The notes: generated by a model not told the origin, from the letters alone. A DNA stretch of 32,000 nucleotides from Nitrosopumilus maritimus SCM1 (GCF_000018465.1 NC_010085.1:510001-542000); one strand, 5' to 3'; counted from the stretch's first letter, positions 9,284 through 16,807 are shown. Translations and numbers: made by a program.

Positions 9284-10009
9284 TCACATGTACATTCCAG
9301 CTATCTCTTCTCTATGTTCTACATATTTTTGAGACAACTCACTAAACTCTGAATGAATTCTATCTTTTTCTTCTTGCAGATCCGTTGTGTCTATGTCTGT
9401 ATCATAGAATCGATTTAAAGCCTCAATTAATGTGGCTGCAGCCCCAGAATCTGTGGTATCTCTACTTGCCTTTGCCAACAATGTCAATCCTTGAATTTCT
9501 CTTACCAAACATTCGTTTAGTATTCCTCCTGGAATTCCTGTGATGAATCCTTGTGGAATCATACTGATGTCTTTGTCGGCCATGGTTCTTACCAAATCTT
9601 CTTCAGCAGCACAATACGCTTTATCGTCGTGTTCCGTACTTGCAACTCCGTCTAAAATAACAATTTCTTTTGATCCCTTTGCCGCGGCCCAATCTAAAAT
9701 TGATGCAACCAACGAATACAGACCTTCCATTCTTAGTGTAATTTCGCAAATAATTGCACAAATTGTACCTTCTTTGTTTGCATAGAATCTAAATGGGTGA
9801 CGTAATCTGCCTCTCATAAATACTGTTGATGGTGGAAGATGTTTTGATCTCATAACTGCAATTTCATCCATTTCTAATTTCTCAATTATGTGATTAATTG
9901 CAACAGGTCCCACTAAACCTGCACCAACAAAACCTGCAAAAATTACAGGACTCTTTAACTCTCTTTTCTTTATTTCAAAAACTTCTGCTTCTGGAAATTC
10001 TTTTGGCAC
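9284..10009 (-). CDS. PAC2-family protein (archaeal proteasome assembly chaperone/activator-like, PbaA/PbaB type)
   Basis: 'VIFAGFVGAGLVGPVAINHII' is typical of archaeal PAC2/ATP-grasp-like proteins. The C-terminus ends '...GMYM', a hydrophobic-Tyr-X (HbYX) motif. Confidence 0.72.
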   Translation of the reverse strand: MPKEFPEAEVFEIKKRELKSPVIFAGFVGAGLVGPVAINHIIEKLEMDEIAVMRSKHLPPSTVFMRGRLRHPFRFYANKEGTICAIICEITLRMEGLYSLVASILDWAAAKGSKEIVILDGVASTEHDDKAYCAAEEDLVRTMADKDISMIPQGFITGIPGGILNECLVREIQGLTLLAKASRDTTDSGAAATLIEALNRFYDTDIDTTDLQEEKDRIHSEFSELSQKYVEHREEIAGMYM

Positions 10010-10406
10010 TGTTTACGTCGATTTGTTCTGTCTAATTACTATACTGACTAAGTATTTTGTACACTTTTTGTTAGACAGAATTTAGTAATCTTTCTGTAAT
10101 AATTAGAACTTAAGACCAAAAACGGTTTGTTACTTGGTGACAGTTCTAACTATGATCTCATTTTGTAAAATAGTATTTAGCATATCCTGATGATTTGTAT
10201 GAATCATTTCTACGTGTCTTTTTTATGTAAATTGTGTTTAGTATTGTTGTACAATTGATGGGAGTCATTCATCAATCCTGTGCCAGACCATAGCGTTTTG
10301 TCAGGTCAAAAATGGCCTGACTCTTCCCTTACTTTGTTCGTAAAACTCAAAATTTTACTAATGATTCATCAGTGCCCGCTAAATATCAAAATTCCAAATT
10401 TTGTGC

Positions 10407-12080
10407 ATGAGGGGCATAGGATACATGCTTGTAATGGGCGTATTTTTCACGATTTTTCTAAATTCCGCACATGCTCAAACTGTGGGGGATCAGACAACTT
10501 TGTCAGGAGATCTACAAAACAATCCTATTGCCCAAGACATTCTTAAAAAAATTGAACAAAGTAAAAAATGGATTGCAAAAATTGAACAAAGAAATTTTGA
10601 AGATTCTCAACGACAAGCAGAATTAGAACAAAAGCGTGCTGAAATTTTACAAAGTTTGGAAGACGATTTAAGAAAATGGGAAGAACTTTGGGGTTACTAT
10701 ACATTTGATAATATACTTGAAAGAGCATTAGAAAATAGTCCTGCAAAGGACACTTCTAGCATTTATGATCATCCTCTAAAATTTACTGCTTCTAAAATTA
10801 ATGCTGGAAAAGAAGCTTTGCAAAAAGTAATCTTAGAAGGGGGAAATTCTGAACAAGCAAGAGACGCATTTGTCAAAGCTGCAAAAATAACAAGAGCTGA
10901 AATGGTGTCTGTTAATGCATTTTATAATATTTTGAACAATAATGCTTACTACAATCAACAAGTACTCTTTGAATCTGATGGTAGATTCAACTATGATTTG
11001 TCTGGGGAAGAATTGAGAAAATACTATCAAGATTTTAGAACAAATCCTGCATATTTTGAAGCAAATCCTCTTGATGAAGTTTCTTGGTCTGATCTTGGCA
11101 AAACTAATTTTGATACTGAATGTAGAACAGGACATGTTTTAGTTTACAGAACTCATGCAGATGATTATGTTTGCACTACTGAATATACTGCTGAAATGTG
11201 GGTACGACATGATATGGGAAAACTTGCTAATGGAATTAATGAAGAACGACATAATCTGCTAAATGAACAGAAATTCAACAAAGACAGAATTTTACAAAAG
11301 GCAGATAGTTTAAACTCTAAAATCAAAACCATACAAACACACTATGAAGCAGAAATCTCAGAAATACTTGCAAAATATGACTCCCTTATGACTGATATCG
11401 AACTAGACAAACGTGCTGAAGAAAAACAAATTCTTGAAAATTCTGACTCTGATTCAAAAAAGACAATCAGTCAACAAATTGCCAATATTCGAGAAAAATT
11501 TGATGAACTTGAAAAAAACACTCTTGATGAAAAAGACGACGTTTTGAAGATTCTAGCAAATCAACATATTACCTCAATAGAAGAATTTGCATCTCTCTAT
11601 GAACTTGATGATGAAATCAAAATTGAATGGAATGCTGATTCTCTGACTTTTTACCCATCTGCATATTATTTTCCACAACAATCTGAATCTAGTTTAATCG
11701 TAAAGACTAGTTCTGAAAATACTATTTCTGATTTTCTTGTTGATGACACAAGTTTCAAAAATGCATTTGGTGAAAAAATACATTCACTAAAACCAGGTCA
11801 ATTAGTTCAGATTGCTTCTGATGTTACAAATAATGATAATTTTTCAAAAAAATTTGTTTATCTAGTTGAAATTAAAGATGAACAAAATCAAATAGTTCAA
11901 CCTCTAAAGTGGATAACAGGCCAACTTGATTCAGATCAAGTCCTTAATTTGGGATTGTCTTGGATTCCACAAACTCCTGGTAATTTTTATGCAGATGTTT
12001 TTGTTGGAACTAGCTTAGACTTTGTGTCTCACACAGAAACCATTTCTATTTCTGTAACTCCACAAGATCATTTGTCCTAA
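10407..12080 (+). CDS. secreted hypothetical protein (signal peptide, coiled-coil middle, beta-rich C-terminal domain)
   Basis: N-terminus MRGIGYMLVMGVFFTIFLNSAHA|Q looks like a signal peptide. Alternative starts are TTG 10401 and ATG 10425. No family recognised. Confidence 0.7.
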   Translation: MRGIGYMLVMGVFFTIFLNSAHAQTVGDQTTLSGDLQNNPIAQDILKKIEQSKKWIAKIEQRNFEDSQRQAELEQKRAEILQSLEDDLRKWEELWGYYTFDNILERALENSPAKDTSSIYDHPLKFTASKINAGKEALQKVILEGGNSEQARDAFVKAAKITRAEMVSVNAFYNILNNNAYYNQQVLFESDGRFNYDLSGEELRKYYQDFRTNPAYFEANPLDEVSWSDLGKTNFDTECRTGHVLVYRTHADDYVCTTEYTAEMWVRHDMGKLANGINEERHNLLNEQKFNKDRILQKADSLNSKIKTIQTHYEAEISEILAKYDSLMTDIELDKRAEEKQILENSDSDSKKTISQQIANIREKFDELEKNTLDEKDDVLKILANQHITSIEEFASLYELDDEIKIEWNADSLTFYPSAYYFPQQSESSLIVKTSSENTISDFLVDDTSFKNAFGEKIHSLKPGQLVQIASDVTNNDNFSKKFVYLVEIKDEQNQIVQPLKWITGQLDSDQVLNLGLSWIPQTPGNFYADVFVGTSLDFVSHTETISISVTPQDHLS

Positions 12081-12089
12081 ACTTGATGT

Positions 12090-12437
12090 TTAGTTGTTCT
12101 TTTGCATAAAGAGACTCAGCATTGTATGGCCCTTGTCTGTAATTGTATAGATCATATTTGATCCAACTGCTTCTTTTTTGACAAAGTTGTAATCAACACA
12201 TAGGTGAAGATAGTTCAGAAATGACTTTTTCATTCTGATCTTTGATTTTGAATACAATTCTGAGAATGTCATTGGATTTCCTCTTAATTGATACAGTAAT
12301 TTCAGTAATGACAATGTACTGTAATCTCTAGTTCTTGCTTTTACTGCTCCTAGAATTTCTTCATCTCTTTTGATTATGAAATCTTCGAATTGCTCTGCCA
12401 CTTCTAGTGGTACGTATGTTAGTCTTGCTCGCATCAT
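12090..12437 (-). CDS. putative winged-helix DNA-binding regulator
   Basis: 115 aa. 'LSLLKLLYQLRGNPMTFSELYSKSKIRMKKSFLNYLHLCVDYNFVKKE...YTITDKG' has wHTH-like helix-turn-helix-wing spacing. It is divergent from the PII-like gene. Confidence 0.5.
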   Translation of the reverse strand: MMRARLTYVPLEVAEQFEDFIIKRDEEILGAVKARTRDYSTLSLLKLLYQLRGNPMTFSELYSKSKIRMKKSFLNYLHLCVDYNFVKKEAVGSNMIYTITDKGHTMLSLFMQKNN

Positions 12438-12624
12438 ACCGTATGGTACGGTACATTACTTTATTAGTCTTTAACTTGAGCTTTGTTGATCTTTCTAGCT
12501 GATTTTTTTACACTTGTATTTGACGCCTATAACATCAATTCATCATATATGATCTGAATACGATCTGCTATTATCTGTGGGAATAGCCTAATGTCATAAA
12601 TACCCCCTTTTTTGAAAATTATTT

Positions 12625-13080
12625 ATGAAAAAAATTGAGGCTGTCATTAGGAGAAAAAATTTTCCGACGATTAAATCTCATTTACATATTATTGGTAGTT
12701 ACATTATAGATAAACGAAATTTAGAAGACAGTAACATCTATGATGAATCAAAAGGTTCACGTGTAGGTTCTACTGGTCTCAAATCAATTCCTTTAGCAAA
12801 AATCGAAATGGTGGTACCTGACAAAGATGCACGAAAAGTTGTTGAAATGATTTCTACAAACTCTGGGTTATCTGCAACCCATGGTGGCAAGATCTTTGTA
12901 TCTGAAATGGAAGAAGTCGTTGACATGGAAACAAATGATGCTACACAAGATCTTGAACTTATCCTAGACGAAAAACCCTCTTCAGTACAATTACCAAAAC
13001 GTAGTAGACTTGTTCCATTACAAAAATTCACTTTGCATAAACTACAAGTAATCTATGAGGAGAACAAAGAAACTCTTTGA
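12625..13080 (+). CDS. divergent PII-like (GlnB/GlnK fold) protein with C-terminal extension; reading frame continues past an in-frame TGA to 13206
   Basis: 'MKKIEAVIR...', 'AKIEMVVPDKDARKVVEMI' and 'GGKIFVSEMEEVVDMET' align by eye to GlnB beta1, beta3-alpha2 and the B-loop/beta4. The T-loop region is not canonical. The tail 'RLVPLQKFTLHKLQVIYEENKETL*' resembles the first half of an RHH domain. Confidence 0.7.
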   Translation: MKKIEAVIRRKNFPTIKSHLHIIGSYIIDKRNLEDSNIYDESKGSRVGSTGLKSIPLAKIEMVVPDKDARKVVEMISTNSGLSATHGGKIFVSEMEEVVDMETNDATQDLELILDEKPSSVQLPKRSRLVPLQKFTLHKLQVIYEENKETL

Positions 13081-13206
13081 ACTGATTATAGAATAAAATC
13101 ATTTAGTGATTTTGTAAATCATTGTATTATGAAATACATTCCAACATTGGAAAAACAACTAAAGAATCCTACAATTGTTTACGAAAACAATTTTGGAGAT
13201 TTTTAA
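13081..13206 (+). other. in-frame stop-free extension after TGA encoding the second half of an RHH-like domain
   Basis: 41 sense codons directly in frame after TGA 13078-13080: TDYRIKSFSDFVNHCIMKYIPTLEKQLKNPTIVYENNFGDF. 'SFSDFVNHCI' resembles RHH helix 2. The only internal start (ATG 13129) falls after that helix. Confidence 0.45.
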
Positions 13207-13209
13207 TTT

Positions 13210-13308
13210 CTAGAAAATATAATCTGAAAACAACCACAATCCAACTAAAGTTAAACCTACTCCTGCCATTATCACTTTTGCAATGAAAATTTTTCTAGAA
13301 GTCTTCAT
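13210..13308 (-). CDS. micro membrane protein (32 aa)
   Basis: ATG ORF MKTSRKIFIAKVIMAGVGLTLVGLWLFSDYIF. Its ATG overlaps the stop of the upstream micro-ORF (atATGA). Confidence 0.3.
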   Translation of the reverse strand: MKTSRKIFIAKVIMAGVGLTLVGLWLFSDYIF

Positions 13309-13394
13309 ATGAAGAATAATAATATTGGTGGTATAACAATTATTCCAATGATTGCAGCAACTTTTGGATAATCCTTAGGCTTGATTGGTTGCAT
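13305..13394 (-). CDS. micro membrane protein (29 aa)
   Basis: ATG ORF MQPIKPKDYPKVAAIIGIIVIPPILLFFI. It lies 45 nt downstream of the PII gene on the same strand. Confidence 0.3.
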   Translation of the reverse strand: MQPIKPKDYPKVAAIIGIIVIPPILLFFI

Positions 13395-13439
13395 CTTTTC
13401 TCTTTTGAATAGATTGTTTTTACGAATACTCATACCAAA

Positions 13440-13772
13440 TCACATAACAGTCTCTTCGCCCTCTGTGTCAGTTGCAATATCTACTGCGCGCAAAACCTGT
13501 GAGACAAAAATCTTGCCAATTCTACCATTATCTTTGATTATCTTTACTACTTCGTCTTCTCTGGCGTCTGGAATAATAGCTGTGATGAAATATTTTTCTG
13601 TAAATTGTGGGACAAAAATTTCACTTCCTTTTGATGCGTGAATTTCTGGGGCTGGTCTCTTTCCTCTACCTCTTACTTTGGTAACTGTGAGTCCTCCTAT
13701 TCCAATCTTCTTTAATTCTTCACTTATTGCCATTACATCATTTTCGCCGAGAATAGCTTCTATTTTGAGCAT
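13440..13772 (-). CDS. PII-family nitrogen regulatory protein (GlnB/GlnK-like)
   Basis: 110 aa. 'MLKIEAIL...GGLTVTKVRGRGKRP...GKIFVSQVLRAVDIATDTEGEE' matches the PII architecture and length. It is divergent from amt. Confidence 0.8.
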   Translation of the reverse strand: MLKIEAILGENDVMAISEELKKIGIGGLTVTKVRGRGKRPAPEIHASKGSEIFVPQFTEKYFITAIIPDAREDEVVKIIKDNGRIGKIFVSQVLRAVDIATDTEGEETVM

Positions 13773-13822
13773 TTGATAATTGTAATTTCAACTTGATAAA
13801 TATAATTTCTGATTTTGTATAC

Positions 13823-13839
13823 CAAATGATTATCATTTG
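13823..13839. promoter_or_regulatory. perfect 8-1-8 palindrome (caaatgat t atcatttg) in the PII/amt divergent promoter region; candidate operator
   Basis: The central base 13831 is exactly 59 nt from the first base of both divergent start codons (13772 and 13890). A/T-rich TATA-like tracts flank it on both sides. Confidence 0.4.
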
Positions 13840-13889
13840 ACAATCAAATTAGGATATTGTTATTAATTAAAAACTAATTTTTTTGTCTA

Positions 13890-15197
13890 ATGGTACTTGA
13901 TTCTGGAGATACAGCGTGGATGCTTGTAGCTGGAAGTCTTGTATTGCTTATGATCCCTGCATTGGGTCTTTTTGAATCTGGTTTACTAAGAAAGAAAAAT
14001 GCAGCTTCAATTTTCATGCAAATCTTTTTCGGATTGGCACTTTTGAGTGTCATGTGGTTTGTATTTGGATTTAGTTTATCATTTAGTCCTTCAGAACATG
14101 GTTTAATCGGAGATATGGAATGGGTGTTCCTCAAAGGTGTACCTTCTGATGATTCATTACCATTTGCTCCAACTATTCCTGGTGTACTATTTGTAAAATT
14201 CCAATTGATGTTTGCATGTATTACGCCATTACTCCTTACAGGAACAATTGCTGAAAGAATGAAATTTAGTTCCTTTATTGTTTTCATATCTGCATGGTCT
14301 ATGTTGATCTACTATCCTCTTGTACACTGGGTATGGGGTGGCGGTTGGTTAGCCCAATTAGGTGTTGTAGACTTTGCTGGTGGTATTGTAATTCACACTA
14401 GTGTTGGTATGGCAGCTCTAGCTGCTGCAATAGTATTAGGAAAGAGACGAAATTACGGTCCTGCTATTATGATTCCTCACAGTATCCCACTCGCGGTTCT
14501 TGGTTCATCTTTGCTATGGCTTGGATGGTTCGGATTTAACGCAGGTAGTGCTCTTGCAGCATCTGGTGGTGTTGCAGGTAATACTGTAATTGTAACTCAC
14601 ATGGCTTCTTCAGTTTCAGCTTTGATTTGGGCTGGACTTTCATGGGTAAGAACAGGAAAACCATCTGTTGTTGCTACCATTAATGGTGCAATCGCAGGTC
14701 TTGCTGGAATTACTCCTGCATCAGGATTTGTCAGTGCTGAACACGCATTTGTAATTGGAATTGCTATCGGTGTAATCTCTTACTCTGGTGTAGTGTTATT
14801 CAAAGAGAAATTACACATAGATGATGCACTTGATGTTAGCTCAGTCCACGGTGTTGCAGGTATTGTGGGTTCTCTTGCAATTGGTATCTTTGCAAGTACT
14901 ATGATTAACCCTGGTGGCGTTGATGGATTACTATTTGGCAATCCTGACCAACTATGGATTCAAGCAGTAGGTGTTGCAGTTGCAGCCGCAATCGGATTTG
15001 GTGGAACATGGATACTGATGCAGATAATCAAACATCTTATGGGAATTAGGGTTAGTGCGCGTGTAGAAGATGTTGGTCTTGATATAAGTGAACATGCTGA
15101 GTCGGCATACTCTGATGAAGAAGAATTCATGCTAGATATGGATACGTACACTGATTCATTACAAGAAAAAGATGAAATCTTTAGAAAGAAAAAATAG
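13890..15197 (+). CDS. amt: ammonium transporter (Amt/MEP/Rh family)
   Basis: 435 aa with about 11 TM segments. It shows 'DSGDTAWMLVAGSLVLLMIPALGLFESGL', 'VDFAGGIVIHTSVGMAAL', 'GWFGFNAGS' and 'VHGVAGIVGSL', all hallmark Amt blocks. Confidence 0.95.
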   Translation: MVLDSGDTAWMLVAGSLVLLMIPALGLFESGLLRKKNAASIFMQIFFGLALLSVMWFVFGFSLSFSPSEHGLIGDMEWVFLKGVPSDDSLPFAPTIPGVLFVKFQLMFACITPLLLTGTIAERMKFSSFIVFISAWSMLIYYPLVHWVWGGGWLAQLGVVDFAGGIVIHTSVGMAALAAAIVLGKRRNYGPAIMIPHSIPLAVLGSSLLWLGWFGFNAGSALAASGGVAGNTVIVTHMASSVSALIWAGLSWVRTGKPSVVATINGAIAGLAGITPASGFVSAEHAFVIGIAIGVISYSGVVLFKEKLHIDDALDVSSVHGVAGIVGSLAIGIFASTMINPGGVDGLLFGNPDQLWIQAVGVAVAAAIGFGGTWILMQIIKHLMGIRVSARVEDVGLDISEHAESAYSDEEEFMLDMDTYTDSLQEKDEIFRKKK

Positions 15198-15212
15198 ATT
15201 TGGTGTATCTTC

Positions 15213-15581
15213 TTGGGAAATAATTATGACGAACTAACACAAAAAATTCTTGCTTTAGATCCTCAAGTAAGATTTGCTGGTGTTGCAAACAATAAGGGTG
15301 AACTTGTTGCTGGAGGACAAAAAGATGATGTTGAAAAATTACTTGCTGAAGATGATGTTAAAATGTCCATTCACTATGCTTTACAAAAACGAGACTTGTA
15401 TACAAACTTGGCATATAGAATAGGAAATGAGACTTCATCAATTACAGAATATGAAAAAGTCACAATGATTACTATTCCAATAAGTTCTAGTGAATTATTC
15501 TTAGTCAGTACAGAACCCCGTGCAGATTATCTGAAAATTATTGATGCAGTTCGCTCTGAACTTGGTTTATCTGGTGATTAA
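15213..15581 (+). CDS. hypothetical protein, Roadblock/LC7-like by sequence pattern
   Basis: 122 aa, starting 15 nt after the amt stop. 'VRFAGVANNKGELVAGG' and the later 'ITMITIPISSSELFLVSTEP' resemble the Roadblock alpha-beta-beta...beta-alpha pattern. The TTG start is forced: the stop is at 15195 and the next in-frame ATG is at codon 50. Confidence 0.5.
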   Translation: MGNNYDELTQKILALDPQVRFAGVANNKGELVAGGQKDDVEKLLAEDDVKMSIHYALQKRDLYTNLAYRIGNETSSITEYEKVTMITIPISSSELFLVSTEPRADYLKIIDAVRSELGLSGD

Positions 15582-15726
15582 TTTACCTCGTCGAATCACA
15601 GTTACGATGGATGATGAACTAGTAAAGAAAATCTATATTCTCCAATCAAAAGAAATTGCAAAATTCCAAAAACACATCAGTTTCTCAAACGTTCTTAATT
15701 CACAATTAAAACGTGCACTGAAATAG
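15574..15726 (+). CDS. small ribbon-helix-helix (CopG/Arc-like) DNA-binding protein
   Basis: VINLPRRITVTMDDELVKKIYILQSKEIAKFQKHISFSNVLNSQLKRALK reads as a beta-strand (RRITVTM) plus two helices. GTG 15574 overlaps the upstream stop by 8 nt. The start is uncertain (TTG 15562 or ATG 15607 are also possible). Confidence 0.5.
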   Translation: MINLPRRITVTMDDELVKKIYILQSKEIAKFQKHISFSNVLNSQLKRALK

Positions 15727-15857
15727 GAATCTAGGCTTATTTTTTGACTATTTTGTGCCTAGCAGATTTTGATATTTTAGAAATTAACTCTAATTGCTTG
15801 AATTGTAAAATTCTAGTGAATGATTCCCTTTAAACCCCTAAACCTTCAAACTTTCTT

Positions 15858-16793
15858 GTGGAAATTGTAATCAGTGCAGTTCTAACTGTTGTTGGATTAG
15901 TGATGTTGTGTTTTGGTGGCAACTGGTTAGTTAGTGGTGGTGTTGCCATTGCACGAAAATTTCGCATTAGTAATCTTGTAATTGGTATGACTATTGTTGC
16001 ATATGGTACCTCTACTCCAGAACTTGCAGCAAGTATTGCAGCTGCTGGGGAACATAGTGCAATTATTTTGGGAAACATCATTGGAAGTAACATTGCAAAC
16101 GTTGGTATGGTGATTGGAATTGCTGCAATCTTGGTACCTCTTTCAATTCACAAATCTATACTTCGAAAAGAAATTCCTATAATGCTTGGTGTTTCTGTTT
16201 TGTTGATTTTAATTTCGATTGATGGCGAACTATCAACCTATGATGGAATATTGTTGCTTGTTGGATTGGGAGTCTTTGGATATTATACTTTTAAGGATGC
16301 AATGAAACGACGAGAAGACAATAAAGATGACATTCAACAAGGTGGCAATAATGTATATCTCAAGTCTATTGGTCTGATTGGACTTGGAATTGGCCTCTTG
16401 TATGTTGGTGCACTTTTGACAGTTGATAATGCTGTAATTCTTGCCAAAGAATTTGGATTGTCTGAAAAAATTATTGGTCTAACAGTTATTGCAATTGGAA
16501 CATCTCTTCCAGAACTAATCACATCCATCATTGCAATCAGAAAGGGACATAGCGATATTGGAGTTGGAAACATCATTGGAAGTAATATTTACAATATTTT
16601 GATGATAATGGGTGTTGGTGCTGCACTTGGTGGCGTGATGATTTCAGATGATGTTTATGTTGATTATGCAATTATGATTCTGTTTAGTATTTCATTGTTA
16701 ATTGGACTAAAAACAGGCGTAATTAACAGGGCCATGGGTGTGTGTTTGGCAATTGGATATGTTACCTATCTTGTCTTGACCTTTTTCAAATGA
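15858..16793 (+). CDS. Ca2+/cation antiporter (CaCA family, YrbG-type Na+/Ca2+ exchanger)
   Basis: Two alpha-repeat signatures are present, 'GTSTPELAASI' and 'GTSLPELITSI', each followed by 'GNIIGSNI'. Length is 311 aa with a GTG start. Confidence 0.9.
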   Translation: MEIVISAVLTVVGLVMLCFGGNWLVSGGVAIARKFRISNLVIGMTIVAYGTSTPELAASIAAAGEHSAIILGNIIGSNIANVGMVIGIAAILVPLSIHKSILRKEIPIMLGVSVLLILISIDGELSTYDGILLLVGLGVFGYYTFKDAMKRREDNKDDIQQGGNNVYLKSIGLIGLGIGLLYVGALLTVDNAVILAKEFGLSEKIIGLTVIAIGTSLPELITSIIAIRKGHSDIGVGNIIGSNIYNILMIMGVGAALGGVMISDDVYVDYAIMILFSISLLIGLKTGVINRAMGVCLAIGYVTYLVLTFFK

Positions 16794-16807
16794 TTTGTAT
16801 GTATTCT

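Noticed and set aside
10188-10194. C-box-like CUGAUGA in the long intergenic region as a second C/D sRNA
   Set aside because: There is no CUGA D or D' box at the required 12-nt spacing and no terminal stem, unlike the 27403-27472 candidate.
10280-10546. 88-aa plus-strand ORF spanning the intergenic hairpin and the start of the secreted-protein gene
   Set aside because: It overlaps the signal-peptide-bearing frame out of phase. Its composition is odd (His/Cys/Arg scattered) and it crosses the 10300-10321 hairpin. It is more likely non-coding leader sequence.
13078-13080. TGA as selenocysteine codon
   Set aside because: No SECIS-like hairpin is evident downstream, no Sec machinery is in view, and Sec use is not established for this lineage. 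Nonsense mutation, sequencing error or readthrough are more parsimonious.
13381-13641. 86-aa plus-strand ORF
   Set aside because: It is antisense to the PII gene 13440-13772, whose PII-family similarity is clear.
13874-14287. 137-aa minus-strand ORF overlapping the 5' part of amt
   Set aside because: It lies entirely antisense to a strongly supported Amt gene, and its composition looks like a shadow frame. The same reasoning applies to 14960-15151.
15541-15573. Upstream TTG/ATG start (MMQFALNLVYL...) for the RHH ORF
   Set aside because: That N-terminal stretch lies fully inside the preceding gene in another frame and adds nothing RHH-like. The GTG at 15574, with a short overlap typical of coupled genes, is more plausible.
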